64,000 bases of DNA from Chiloscyllium plagiosum (lineage: Eukaryota): contig NC_057719.1 of NCBI RefSeq assembly GCF_004010195.1, forward strand, positions 21,985,385 to 22,049,384. The letters run 5' to 3'. Below the pieces are notes generated by a model that made no database searches, had not been told where the DNA came from, and was given only the letters and a program-made list of their open reading frames with translations. The position numbers were made by a program, and so were the translations under genes. Shown one piece after another: positions 49,200 through 62,180 of the stretch (position 1 is its first letter; each line of letters opens with the position of its first letter).

Positions 49200-51200
49200 A
49201 ATTGGTTTTGTTCTTTTTATTATTCATTCAGATAATATGGGCTTTACTAGTTAAATGAGTGAAGGTTAGTCATCCTCATTTGCCCTTGAGAAAATGATGG
49301 TAAATTGCCTTCTTAGATAATGCAGTCCATTTGTTGTAGGCACAAGCACATTCTTTCACGGTCGCTGGGTCAAAATCCTGGAATTCCCTCTCTAATGGCA
49401 TTGAAGTCAACCCATGGCAGATGGACAGCAACTCACCACCTTCTCAAGGGCAAACTAGGGACGGGCAATAAATGCTCCCAGCCAACGATGCTCACATACC
49501 ACAAACAAAAAAATGTTTTAAATATGCTGTTTTGGAAGGAATTTCAGCACTTTGACCCAAATTTCACTTAGGAATCGATAACCGTGCAGCAAGGAATACA
49601 AAGACATCCAGGACCTAAGTGAACAAGGCAAGCAAATGTGTATGCCTTTCTCCAATCAGATCTTTTGTTCTATTTCTGGGATATGGGCATTGCTGCCAGC
49701 ATTTGTTGCTTATCCCTGGTTGCCCTTCAGAAGGCGGCATTGAGTTGTCACCTTGAACTGCCACAGTCCATTTGGTGTAGGCACACCCAGAATGATGCTA
49801 GAGAGGGACCAAGTGACACTGAAGAAATGCTGACATATTTCCAAGTTAGGGTGGTCGATTGGCTTGGAGGGGAACTTGTAGCTGGTGGCATTCCCATTTA
49901 TCTGCTTCTAGATTGAAGGATTATGGAAAGAACAGTGCAAGGACAGAGAAAGATATATCAATTGGAGTAGCAGAATTGAACGCCAAATCAGGCACGGAAT
50001 GAGAACTAAAGAGACAGCAAGAAATATCAAATTGAGCGATAAAGGCCAGAATGACGAAAACGGTTTTTTGAAGTTTGCAACAATGAAAACCCAAATGATT
50101 AAGAACTCAAACTTGGGATGGTTGTGTGTGTGTGTGTACATGTACAGATGGGGATGTTTGTGGAGGTGGACAATGCCATTGCTACAGGGATAGCTATAGT
50201 CAACTGAAGGGCTCGACATGACAAAGCCCATCCAAATACCACACCCAATACTGAGGTATTGAGATGTTTGCCAGGGCTTAATGAGCAGTTTGCCCTCGTG
50301 ACAGAGGGACCACTTCACCACTGGTAAAATGCTATTGACAATAGGAAGATGAGGTTTATAGCAAATAAAATGGGTTGATTAGCTTCTGGAAGAGCCATCT
50401 ACCACCTTGCTATTGCTGGCAAGGTGGCATGACATCAGGAAGACAATGGGCACCTTAGCCTTCGCTGCAGGAGTTTTATGGGTTCCACCACCCAGCGAAC
50501 TTGGACTGAAGGAAACTTATTCACACATTCATTGAGGGATAAGGAGATGGATTATGACTTACAACAGTGATGGTAAATCAACAACCACGGATTACTGAAG
50601 CAATATATATCCTTTTTTTCTTTATTACTTCATGTAGTATGGGCATCACTTCTAATCTAAGAATTTTAAAAAGTTTATATATTGGGTGTGGTTACGGTTG
50701 GCTCAGCCAGCATTTATTGCTCATCCCTAATTGCCCATCAAGCAGTTAAGAGTCAACCTATGATAGTGTTAGGGTTAGGATTAGTGGTCTGGAGACACAT
50801 CTGCAAGGACAAGTTGGACCGAAAGGTCTCTTTCCTTGCTGTACAGCTCTCTGACTCCGTGACTCTATGTAGGTAAAGATAGCAGATTTCCTTCCCCAAA
50901 GAAAATTAATGAACAACATGGAGTTTTACAGTCATCGACAGTTGTCACCACCAGCTGCTTTTTATCGAATTCAAATTTTGCCACCCTCAATGACAGGTTT
51001 TGAAACCATATCCCCAGAACATCAGCATGGGGTTTGGAATACAGCTATGCCACCTCCTTCCACCAAGTTGCCCATGTGTTTCCCAGCTCAAATTACTCTT
51101 GAATAATGTGATTTGCCATAGCCATTTCAGAGGGCAGTTAAGAGATAACCAGATTGCTGTGGTTCTGACATCTCATGTCAGCCAGACAAGTTAAAGGATG
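49200..51200. mobile_element. Cluster of short CR1/Zenon-like tail fragments in both orientations
   Basis: ttctcaagggcaaactagggacgggcaataaatg at about 49440. Reverse copies (gccagcatttattg...) at about 49690 and 50705. Confidence 0.5.
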
Positions 51201-52587
51201 TTGGTGGTTGTAGCATTGAATTTTATAGTATGGATATGGTTCTTAGAATCATAGAATCCTCCAGTGTGGAAACAGGCCATTTGGACCATCAAATTCACAC
51301 CAACATTCTGAAGAGCATCTCACCCAGGGCTGGCCCTTAAGCTGTCCCTGAAACCCTCCTAGCCAGATCGTTACCCGCTCCTTTGTCTGTCCAACTGTTC
51401 CTATGTCCCTTTGGACCCTATCCCCACCTATCATTTACTTCTTATACCTTCCCCCCACCCATATAAATCAACATTTTCCTAGCTATCATCAGTTTTGAGC
51501 AGGGGCTATGTGATCTGAAACTCTGATTTCTCTCCACACCTGCTGAACTTATTGAGCAATTTCTGTTTCTGTGCATATAGTTCATACTGTTTTTCTACAG
51601 TTTCTGCATTTGCATTTGGGAATAATGAAAAGTAGAAGCTTTTGACACAGCCTTAAAAAGTGATCACCTTATGTAAAAAAATATCTCTGAATAGAAGTAA
51701 TTATACACTATGCCCATGTTTTAGTTAGCACAGATGCAAAGCATTCCAACTGAGTCATATGATGTCATCTGTCCACACTGTGTAAACATTGACCACGAGG
51801 CAAACTCACTTTATTAAGGCCATTGGAAAAGTTAATTGGGGAAGAATGCCAGATTGTGAACAATTTGTGAACAATGAGTGGAACGGATGCCAGGTCTATC
51901 CTGCTCAAAATTGCTCTATGCTGCCAGCTACATGAAAGATTTTCTTTTAATCCCTTTTGCAGAGCCAAGATGTACAGGAAAGCTCTTCAGAGCCCAACAG
52001 CCTTGGTGATTAAATGTCCACACCCTCTGGTTTGCACCAACACTAGAGTCCCTTCTGCGCCCATTGCCTGATCCCCTCTCAGAATAGACCTAACAATTGT
52101 GGCCAGTGAGTTCAATATTTTCTGTATGAGCAAGCTGCGGAGATGAACATGCATGGCAGCTCACCAAGGCACATAGACCTGTGCCAATACCTAGTGATTA
52201 TTTGTCCTCTTGGTTTGGATATTGGAAGATGTGAGTTTTCCATTTTAAGTTTAAATCTTCAAAATCAAGGTAATTTCAATAAAACTTTATCAAATAATCA
52301 ATCAGGAACAGCCAGTTTCCTTTCTCGGATTGTATTTTCCCCTGAAGCATCATTGATCTCAAAACGATGGGATTCTGACTATCCAACTTAGATAGCAATG
52401 CTCTTGATTATTAAAGAAGCAATATCAATTCCTGGATTAAATTCTATCCAACTGCATATTTACATTGCTAAAATCTTGTGACACATAGAACATACAGTTG
52501 GTTCTGATGTAATGTGATAGTTCTGTTCTTGTGTGATCTCATGTAATAAGAAAATCGTGCAATAGCAGTGCCATTTAAATTAATGGG

Positions 52588-52782
52588 GCCTAACTTTGGT
52601 GGTCATGAAGTGCTTTGAAAGACTGGTCATGGCATTAATAAACTCCAGCCTCCCCACTAATCTTGACACACTCCAATTTGCCTTTTGGACTAACCAATCC
52701 ACGTCAGATTCTATATCATTTGCCCTTCACTCCTCCCTAGAACATCTTGACACCAAGAACAGCTACGTAAGAATTCTACTAA
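52588..52782 (+). mobile_element. Rex1/Babar LINE RT fragment
   Basis: VVMKCFERLV...LDTLQFAF.TNQSTSDSISFALHSSLEHLD.KNSYVRILL is typical of Rex1 RT. Confidence 0.85.
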
Positions 52783-53137
52783 TGTGGCAGAAATCATGTT
52801 ATAGCCAAGACAGGTAAGAAACATTTGTGTTCCACAGATAATAATCTAAACTCTTCAATTGCGTTAAAACTAATTCGTGTTGAAGAAACCCATCCTATAG
52901 CAGAACCAACTGTATATGGATTTCAAATGTTTCCTCCAGAGATAAGAGAATTGTCATCTTGACAAAACAAAGTGCTGACAAAATATCAGGAAAGTTTTGG
53001 AAATGTCCTTCAAGTAGACATTAATTTTTCCCAAATTCAACCCAAAATTATTCTTAGATCCCAGGTGTTCACTTCTGTTCTTTTTTCCGGCTGGTAATTT
53101 CTAATCCCAAAATTGTACTATATAGAAATGATTCAGC

Positions 53138-53742
53138 TCCCTTCCACATCCGTCAGAAACTCAACTGCACCTCTACCAATGTCATCTACTGCATCCATTG
53201 CACCCAGTGTGGGCTCCTCTCCATCGGGGAGACAGGAAACCTTCTTGCGGATCGTTTCAGAGAACATCTTTGGGGCACCCGCACCCACCAACCCCACCAC
53301 CCCGTGGTTGAACACTTCAACTCCCCCTTCCACTCTGTCAAGGACATGCAGGTCCTGGCCCCCTCCACCACCAAACCATTACCACCCAATGCCTGGAGGA
53401 GGAATGCTTCATATTCTGCCTTGGGACCCTGCAAGCACACGGGATCAATGTGGATTTCAACAGCTTCCCTTCCCCCACATTATCCCAGTCCCAAGCCTCC
53501 AACTCAGCACCACCCTCCGAACCTGTCCTTCACTCCCCTCTCTGACTTATCACCTTCTCCCTTATCTTCATCCACTTATCGCTTTCCCAGCTACTTTCCC
53601 CAAACCCTAGCCCCCTCTCATTTATCTCTCAGCCCCAACCCATAAGCCTCTTTCCTGATGAAGGGCTTATGCCTGAAATATCGATTCTCCTACTCCTCTG
53701 ATGCTGCCTGACCTGCTGTTTCCAGCACCATACTCTCGACAT
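53138..53742 (+). mobile_element. PLE 3' fragment (GIY-YIG and terminal repeat)
   Basis: NVIYCIHCTQCGLLSIGETG.LLADRFREHL. Terminal repeat ttcctgatgaagggcttatgcctgaaatatcg at about 53652. Confidence 0.9.
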
Positions 53743-54080
53743 TGATTTTCACTTGGCAGTGGTGGGTTGTGGACATTGTGGACAGCCAACTTATCTCAGT
53801 AATATTCAGATTTCTATCTTTCCAAATTCACCAAACAAACTGGAAGTTGAGAAACTTGGGATACAGAACATGCAGCTAGCAAATTCAGCCCACAGCTGGG
53901 TTCAGGTGACGACCATTTTGGACACTGAGCACCAACATCTCAGCGCACACTCATGGGCATCTGTCATACACAGCTCACATCCACAGATATTGGCATCAGA
54001 TGCATATCAGCCTCTGAGAACTCTCATGGCACATCTCTCATTCACTTACTGGATACTTGACACTTCAGTGCTGCACCTCG

Positions 54081-54421
54081 TAGAATCATGGAAACTTTAT
54101 AGTGTGGAAGCAGGCCATTCAGCGTCTTGAGCCCATACCGACTCTTTGAAGACCAACCCATCCTACTATATCCCTGTAACCTCTGCATTTCCCATGGCTA
54201 AGCCACCCAGCCTGATCAGCCTTAGATACTATGGACAATTTAGTATGACCAATCCACCTAACCTGCATAAAATTGGACTGTGGGAGGAAACTGGAGCACT
54301 TGAAGGAAACCCATGCTGACACAGGGAGAATGTACAGACTCCACACAGACGGTCATCCGTGGGTGGAATTGAACCTGATGCTGTGAGGCAGCAGTGCTAA
54401 CCACTGAGCTACTGTGTCGCC
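54081..54421 (-). mobile_element. HE1-type V-SINE
   Basis: Minus-strand tRNA-like head, V-domain and CR1 tail. Confidence 0.85.
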
Positions 54422-54789
54422 TCAGTGCAACCTCAGGCTAGACTGGCAACTGTAATGCTGCAGCAAGAACACAGTGCATTCAGTAATGTACACCCAGCTC
54501 ATTGACTGGAACAGGCATATTACTGGGATCTGCAATCTGTCTGCTAATGCTCACTAACTCTGATCTTACAAGGATGCTTGCAGCATCCCTGCCAGGCGTT
54601 GCTTTGTTTTTTTTCACATTTCACGCTCTTATCAAGAGATACCAGGCTCATATTACTGCTGTCTTACCTTGCCATTTAGTGCAGAAACAAAGCCAAGGTG
54701 CATGTCATGGCTGTCAGTCAATTCAAGAGCGATAGACTTCGCTCAGGAGATCCTGGGTCAATAAGTCAAGAGCGCTCTCCAATACAAGT

Positions 54790-55360
54790 CCATGGACTGC
54801 CCATCGAAGTCAGAGTTAGGATTCTTTTCTCATAAGAGGAACTGAATGTTGGGCAGTTCATCGCCCACCTTGACTCTTTCTTTGCCCTATACTCAGATGT
54901 TTTTATCTTGCAATGAGAGAAACAGGTGTTATGAGAGATTAAATTGAGTGGCATAAGTATTACAGTTTCTGCAAGTGGTGGTGGTGGGGGTGGGGGGGGG
55001 GCAGTGGGGGGCATGTAAGAAGTAAGAAGGCAATGCCATGGTATACAGAGTCGGTGATATAAATGGTTCGGATGACAACAAGTGAGGGAAGCGTCGCATG
55101 TGACAGTAAGAATGGTAGAGCATGACCCTTAGTGAAGATGGTTGCATTTGCAGGGATGGAGTGAATGTCAGCAGGCAGAGAGAAGATGAACGCATCTTAC
55201 CCTGGCAGAGTGATGAAGGTCATTGACCTTCTTACATTGTTGGGCATTCCTCTAGACTGTTGTGACCTGGGTGGAAATCTTGGATGGGGTTGCCATGGTC
55301 TGGTACTATAGCCTCCATTGCTGGCTCTGGAGGAAGAGGAAAAGCCATGTTTATATGACC
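54790..55360 (-). pseudogene. PIF/Harbinger Myb/SANT-like gene relic with retained intron
   Basis: Minus strand gives RNAQQCKK-VNDLHHSAR then donor gtaag (about 55200). An acceptor-like ttctctcattgcaag near 54908 is followed by a KTSEYRAKKE...YEKRILTL segment. Confidence 0.6.
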
Positions 55361-55753
55361 CCATAGGACTTACAGCACCCTGCTCACAATGTAGGATGCA
55401 GATTGCACCTTATCTGCTATGTCCAAGGAACCATGCAGGGCAGCTCCAGACTGACAGTGCTTGTCCAGGTGCACAATGGAATGTTAAATATGCCACCAAA
55501 TAACAATGAATATAAGAGTTTAGTAAGTTACAGTGAGAAAATTGGCCGGGTTTTATAGTGAGAGTCACTCCACCAACTCACGATAATATACACTGAACCA
55601 AAAATGTGCAAGATTTTACCCTTTGTGTTCTATTGGACTCTGAACCAAGGTCTGACCTCATCCTCATTGTTGCTCAAACTGTCTTCATAATATCTGTTGA
55701 AACTTTATTGCTGGAACAGCACAGCAGGTCAGGCAGCATCCAGGGAACAGGAG

Positions 55754-55789
55754 ATTCGACGTTTCGGGCACAGGCCCTTCTTCAGGAAT
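55754..55789 (-). ncRNA. Minimal hammerhead ribozyme motif, intact
   Basis: Minus strand reads AUUC-CUGAAGA-A-GGGC(CUGU)GCCC-GAAA-CG-UC^GAAU. Confidence 0.8.
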
Positions 55790-55940
55790 GAGCAGAGAGT
55801 GTTCAGCAGGAGAAGATAAAAGGTAGGGAGGAGGGACATGGAGGAGGGGCGTTGGAAATGTGATAGGTGGAAAGAGGTAAAGGTGAAGGTGATAGGTCGG
55901 AGTAGGGTGGAGGCGGAGAGGGCAAGAAGAAGACTGCAGG

Positions 55941-56633
55941 NNNNNNNNNNNNNNNNNNNNNNNNNNNNNNNNNNNNNNNNNNNNNNNNNNNNNNNNNNNN
56001 NNNNNNNNNNNNNNNNNNNNNNNNNNNNNNNNNNNNNNNNNNNNNNNNNNNNNNNNNNNNNNNNNNNNNNNNNNNNNNNNNNNNNNNNNNNNNNNNNNNN
56101 NNNNNNNNNNNNNNNNNNNNNNNNNNNNNNNNNNNNNNNNNNNNNNNNNNNNNNNNNNNNNNNNNNNNNNNNNNNNNNNNNNNNNNNNNNNNNNNNNNNN
56201 NNNNNNNNNNNNNNNNNNNNNNNNNNNNNNNNNNNNNNNNNNNNNNNNNNNNNNNNNNNNNNNNNNNNNNNNNNNNNNNNNNNNNNNNNNNNNNNNNNNN
56301 NNNNNNNNNNNNNNNNNNNNNNNNNNNNNNNNNNNNNNNNNNNNNNNNNNNNNNNNNNNNNNNNNNNNNNNNNNNNNNNNNNNNNNNNNNNNNNNNNNNN
56401 NNNNNNNNNNNNNNNNNNNNNNNNNNNNNNNNNNNNNNNNNNNNNNNNNNNNNNNNNNNNNNNNNNNNNNNNNNNNNNNNNNNNNNNNNNNNNNNNNNNN
56501 NNNNNNNNNNNNNNNNNNNNNNNNNNNNNNNNNNNNNNNNNNNNNNNNNNNNNNNNNNNNNNNNNNNNNNNNNNNNNNNNNNNNNNNNNNNNNNNNNNNN
56601 NNNNNNNNNNNNNNNNNNNNNNNNNNNNNNNNN
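55941..56633. other. Assembly gap
   Basis: Run of N at the centre of an inverted PLE pair. Confidence 1.
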
Positions 56634-57183
56634 TCTCCAAGTCCCCAAAGGAAACTTCCATATCCGCCACAGATTCACCTGCCCCTCCACCCACATTATC
56701 TACTGCATCCGCTGCAGCCGGTGTGGCCTCCTCTATATTGGGGAGACAGGCCGCCTACTTGCGGAGCGATTCAGAGAGCACCTCTGGGCCAACCCAATCA
56801 CCCTGTAGCACAGCATTTCAACTCCCCCTCCCACTCCACCGAGGATATGCAGGTCATTGGACTCATCCACCGCCAAACCACAACAACGCGACGGTCGGAG
56901 GAGGAGCGTCTTATCTTCCGACTGGGGACCCTCCAACCGCAGGGGATGAACTTGGACTTCACCAGTTTCTTTCTCCCCCCTCCCCCCACCTTGTCTCCGC
57001 CGGGTCCCCCCAGCCCGGCGCCGCCTTCCTGACCTGCAGTCTTCTTGTTGACCTCTCCGCCTCCACCCTACTCCGACCTATCACCCTCACCTTGACCTCT
57101 TTCCACCTATCACATTTCCAACTCCCCTCCTCCAAGTCCCTCCTCCCTACCTTTTATCTTCTCCTGCTGAACACTCTCTGCTC

Positions 57184-57219
57184 ATTCCTGAAGAAGGGCC
57201 TGTGCCCGAAACGTCGAAT
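57184..57219 (+). ncRNA. Minimal hammerhead ribozyme motif, intact
   Basis: AUUC-CUGAAGA-A-GGGC(CUGU)GCCC-GAAA-CG-UC^GAAU. Stem I AUUC/GAAU, predicted cleavage after 57215. Confidence 0.8.
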
Positions 57220-57382
57220 CTCCTGTTCCCTGGATGCTGCCTGACCTGCTGTGCTGTTCCAGCAATAAAGTTTCAACTTCATAATATCTGTCTATACCCT
57301 TATTCTAATTGCTTCCAAAACCCCCATCCATTCCATATTACCATCAAATCTGACCACTCCAATGATCTGCAATTATTAAATA

Positions 57383-57570
57383 AAACAAAGAACTGCAGAT
57401 GCTGGAAATCTGAAATGAAAACAGAAATTGCTGGAGAAGCTTGGCAGTTCTGGCAGTATCTGCAGATTCAGAAATCTAAATACTGAAAAAGAGTCACTGG
57501 ACTCAAAACATTTACTCTGCTTTCTCTCCACAGATGCTGCCAGATTTGCTGATCTTTTTCTATAATTCTT
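57383..57570. mobile_element. Old inverted pair of family-C PLE terminal repeats
   Basis: Minus arm 57383-57465. The plus arm has a decayed ctgaaaaagagtcactggactcaaaac motif. Confidence 0.6.
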
Positions 57571-59809
57571 CCTTGCCTTCCTAATCTGTCCTCCAGCCTG
57601 ACAACCCCCTGGAGATCTGCATTCTTTATCTTTTGTCCATCTTCCACTTCCTTCACCATATCACTGCGTCTTTAGCTAAATTTATTTCTTATGCTTTTGA
57701 ATTTGCACTGTCTACCTCTCAGCTTTTCCAACTCACTTTCATCTTAAGATCTCTCCTTAAAAACTGAACCTTGACCAAGCAGTCGATCACCTTTCCCAAT
57801 GTTTTTCTTTTCTCTACTCTGCTGTTAGGTTTTATCTGGCGTCGCTGGTGGGAATATTTTACTGCATTAACAGAGCTGTACAAATTCAACATGATATTGC
57901 TAATATTTTTCCTACAAAGTAGCAGATGTTTCAAAGTCATTGCTGAAAATAGCTTCTAGCTAGTTTGCTGTGATTCCATATGTGTTACACATTCTGAGTT
58001 AGTGTTTCGAAAATCTGTTCTTTATGACTAAGTTCAGCAGCAGTCCATTAATATTTCCCATACATAGCTGTGTCTTGATGTATTGTTTACAGTATCATAG
58101 ACAGTTAAATGAATGTACTTCTGTAGAAATAGCCTCGCAAGTGCAGCGTCTCAGGAAAAAGCGATGCCATACCACTATCAGGGGCAGCTTTTAAATGTTA
58201 TTTTAAGAAATGCCTCTGCTCTTATTATTTTGGACCAAAGCTCCTCACATTAAAAGGGAACACATGATTGATTTCAGAGGAAATAGTGAGAATCTGAGCC
58301 AGTTAGGAACATGAGATGACTGGAGTGTTTTGTTCATAAAGTATAGTTCCATTAACCTGAAGGGGGAAGATTCCTACTTAGTGTTAATCTGAAACACATT
58401 CCCAAACCCCAAGGAGAAAAGATTCTTACTTTTTCTCTTATTTTCCTTTTATCTTCTCAGTCTGCTGGGTAGACTTTGACCAGACTCAAACCTTTAGGTT
58501 GTCATTACATAGAAAACCTCTTTAAAACTCTTGCCAAACCCGTTATAAACTGACAATTGCCCTCCAGCATTAATCCTCTGGGATCTACTGAATCATGAGA
58601 ATTCCCTATTGCTTTCAGCGACTCTTTAAAGATCTGAAAACAAACCAAGGTATAGATCTCTGTCTTTAGTGTTGCGTGTTAGGCTTCACTTGGATTGACT
58701 GCAGCAAGAAGTAACTGGAGGTGAGGGTCACTTGCTGGGAAAGGTACCTTCTAATCTGTTTTGTCACAGACATTAACAGACGAAAACCAACAAGTTCTGG
58801 AGAATGTGCACTGGACCTCCCTGCTAGATATTCAGTTGCAGATCTGTCAAGGTAATGCATCTCAAAGTGAAAAAATGAAAATTTAGTGCCTGAGTATTGT
58901 ATTTGCTTTTCTTTCTCTTTTTTTCTTCCTTCACTGAAGGTATTGGCTCATATTGGGATTCAACATGTGGCCAGACCTCCAGTATTTCAATCATTTTACA
59001 TGGCAGAGCTTGAACTGTGAATGTGAGTGGGGTATTTGATAGTCTTGGGATAAGGCCATCAGAGGCAATTCTGATCCTGCTCCCATTTCATACATTTTCC
59101 AGTGCACTAGACTGTTTGGCAGTCACAAGTAGTAATCTGAGGTGACTTTTCCTTTGCACACGATCTTGGGCATTAAGGACAATTTCTCTGCCCTAACTGA
59201 GGTCAGGAATTATACATCTATGTGTTGGCCACAGGGTGCTTATCACTGAACCAACAAAGTACCTTAAAATGTGTTTTCTCATCAGAATTCAAGTTTGCCA
59301 TAACTGAAGTTAAGAAATGTGTGAAGCCAAAATCAAACCAATTATGAAAATGTAACACCATGAAACATAACTTTAACACTCATTAGTTTCAATGAAAGTC
59401 TAGTGAAGGAGTGGGTAATAAGCCACAGCTCCTTTACCATCAGCCAGTCATTCCTTTGTGGTAAAAGAGGACAGGATTCGGCAACAGGACTGTGGTCATT
59501 CTAAGATTTGATTGTCTCAGCCTTAGGCACCAGCTCATTCTCCATAATTGGATGGGAAACTTAAAGGTGGCCTCTTATTTTGCTATGTGCAGGTAGATTA
59601 CCCAGGCAGCCAATGTTGGTTGCCCCTCGCTTATTTTTAAAAATGCACTGGATTCTTGTTCACCTCTCAGTTAATCCAGTTTTCTCCCCCAACTCTGCTT
59701 GTGTGCACAGCAGACGCACATATATAATTGTAAAGCATTGTTGAGTTCCTGATCCCTGCAATGCTGATCAATGAAATTTGAATGAAAATGCTTTCAATTC
59801 ACTTTGTAA

Positions 59810-60572
59810 ATAGAGTCATAGAGTCATACAGGACCGAAACAGACCCTTCGGCCCAATCAGTCCATGCCGATCACAATCCCAAACTAAACTAGTCCCACCT
59901 GCCTGTGCTTGGCCCATATCCCTCCAAACATTTCTTATTCATGTACTTATCTCAATGTCTTTTAAACACTGTAACTGTACCCATGACCACCACTTCTTAC
60001 AGAAGTTCATTCGACATATGAGCTACTGTCTGTGTAAAATTTTGCCTCTCATGTCTTTTTAAAATCTTTCTCCTCTCACGTTAAAAATATGCCATCTAGT
60101 CTTGAAATCCCCAAACCTAGGGAAAAGAGAGCTGCCGTTCACCTTATCTATGTCCCTCATGACTTGATAAACATCTATAAGATCACTCCTCAACCTCCTA
60201 TGCTCCAGTGAAAAATGCCCCAGCCTATCCAGCCTCTTCTTATAACTCAAACCCTCCATTTCTGGGAACGTTGTGGTAAATATTTTCTGAACCCTCTCGA
60301 GCCTAATAATATCCTTCCTTTAACTGCATACACTACTCCAGAAGTGGCCTCACCAATGTCCTGTACAATCTCAACATGACGTCTCAACTCTGATACTCAA
60401 AGGTCTGAGCAATGAAGGCAAGTGGGCTAAACGTCTTCTTAAACCACCCTGTCTACATGTGATGCAAACGTCAAAGAATTATGCATTAGGCCCTACTTTT
60501 AATAGCATAAGTCCTGTCTTTGCTTGTTTTACCAAAATGCAATACCTCACACTTATCCAAATTAAACTCCAT
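59810..60572 (-). mobile_element. CR1 3' fragment
   Basis: MEGLSYKKRLDRLGHFSLEHRRLRSDLIDVY plus tail (tatgactc)n. Confidence 0.9.
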
Positions 60573-62180
60573 ATGATGGGTGCATTTGAATAAAGGAGCT
60601 ACGATATCCGCTGAAAAAGTGGAGAAGGAAATTTGAAATGACAGTTGAACATTTAATTTGCTCCCTAATTAAATTTCCAAACAAATGGGTGATTTTAGTG
60701 AGTTTGTGCCTTGGTGGGTATACCATTTTAAAATGGGAGACAGGATGATAAAAATGAGGAACATCAGGAATGAGAACCCCAGAATTAGGTGCTATCTATT
60801 ATTTTTAAAGTTTGGAAAGTCTTTCAAACCCCACAAAATTCCTGGCCGTTATCTCCCATTCGTAAATGCTGCCTTTCCATGGGGAGCTGTATGAATGATT
60901 TAAAGAAAATATAAAAGCAAAATGCTGCAGATGCTGGAAATCTGAAACAAACACAGGGAATGGTTGAGAAACTCAGCAGGTCAGTCAGCCTCTCTGGAAA
61001 CAGAAGGAGTTTCTCCAGCATTCTCAAGTTCAAATAATTTAAACCCTTTTTGAGGCAACTGTAGGTAGCTTGTCTGTACCAAGAATCCCATTGTTTAATA
61101 TTATCCCATTTCCAACACTGACTTTATTAAACAAAGGCTACCCTTTGAATGGTAACCACTTTACGTCTGTTTGCCACTCTTCCTAAGAGTGTTCCCTTCT
61201 TTTTTCAAATTCAACTTTTGGGAAATAGTCTCAGTGGCTGAGTTAGCACTTATTGTCTGTCCCCAGTTGTCCTTGACAAGGTGGTCATGAGCCACCTTCT
61301 TGAACTGTAGCAGCCCTTTTGCTGTGGGAAGATCCATAATGTCATCAGTCAGAGAATTCCAAGATTTTGACACAGCAATACTGAAAGGACAGTGATATGG
61401 CAGGATTGTGAGTGTTTGGTTAGAATTCACATGTGGTAGTGTTATAGATGATAGTGGTTGTGGGTTTTGCTAGGTGGTGTGTAAGGATCTTTGATGATTT
61501 TCTGTGGTACATCTCATAGATTTTACACACTGATGTGACAGACAGTCAGTGGCGGAGGGAGATGTTTGTGGATGTGTTGTCAATCAAACAGGCTTGGATG
61601 GTGTCAAACTTCATAAGTATTGTTGAAGCTGCATTCATTCAGACAAGTGATGACTATTCCATCAAACTCCTCTGTTGACACTTCCAGATGTTGAACAGGC
61701 TTTGTGGTGTCAGGTGGTCAGTTATTCATTGTAATATTTCAAGCCTCTAACCTGTTGTTTTAGCCACTTATGTGGTATTTATGTGGTTAGCTCAGTTCAG
61801 TTTCTGGTCAATGGTAACTTCCAGGATGTTGTAAATTGGGGATTCGGTGAAGTTAACACTATTAAGTCAAGAGGTGATGATTAGATTGTCTCTTATTGGA
61901 GATGGTCATAGCTTGGCATTTGTGTAGTGTGAATGTTACTTGCCACTTGTCAGCTCAAGCCTAGGTGCTGTTCAGACCTTGTTCCATTTAGATATGGTCT
62001 GCTTTAGTATCTGAGGAGGCATGAACGGTGCTGAACATTCTGCAAACATTGGCAAACATCATCAGTTTTGATCTTATGCTGGAGGGAAGATCATCAATGA
62101 AGATGGATGAGCCCAGGACATTACCCTGATGAACTCCTGCATAAATGTGCCAGAGCTAAGATGACTGATCTCCAACAACC

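Larger units (their letters stand above)
55698..57276. mobile_element. Young inverted PLE pair spanning a gap (minus 3' end, plus GIY-YIG and 3' end)
   Basis: Plus part reads IIYCIRCSRCGLLYIGETGRLLAERFREH...EEERLIFRLGTLQPQGMN. Ends are near-identical inverted repeats. Perfect TSD cttcataatatctgt at 55683-55697 and 57277-57291. Confidence 0.92.

Noticed and set aside
55729..57244. Long ORFs of 297-468 aa
   Set aside because: They span the assembly gap, and the flanks are PLE sequence in non-coding frames.
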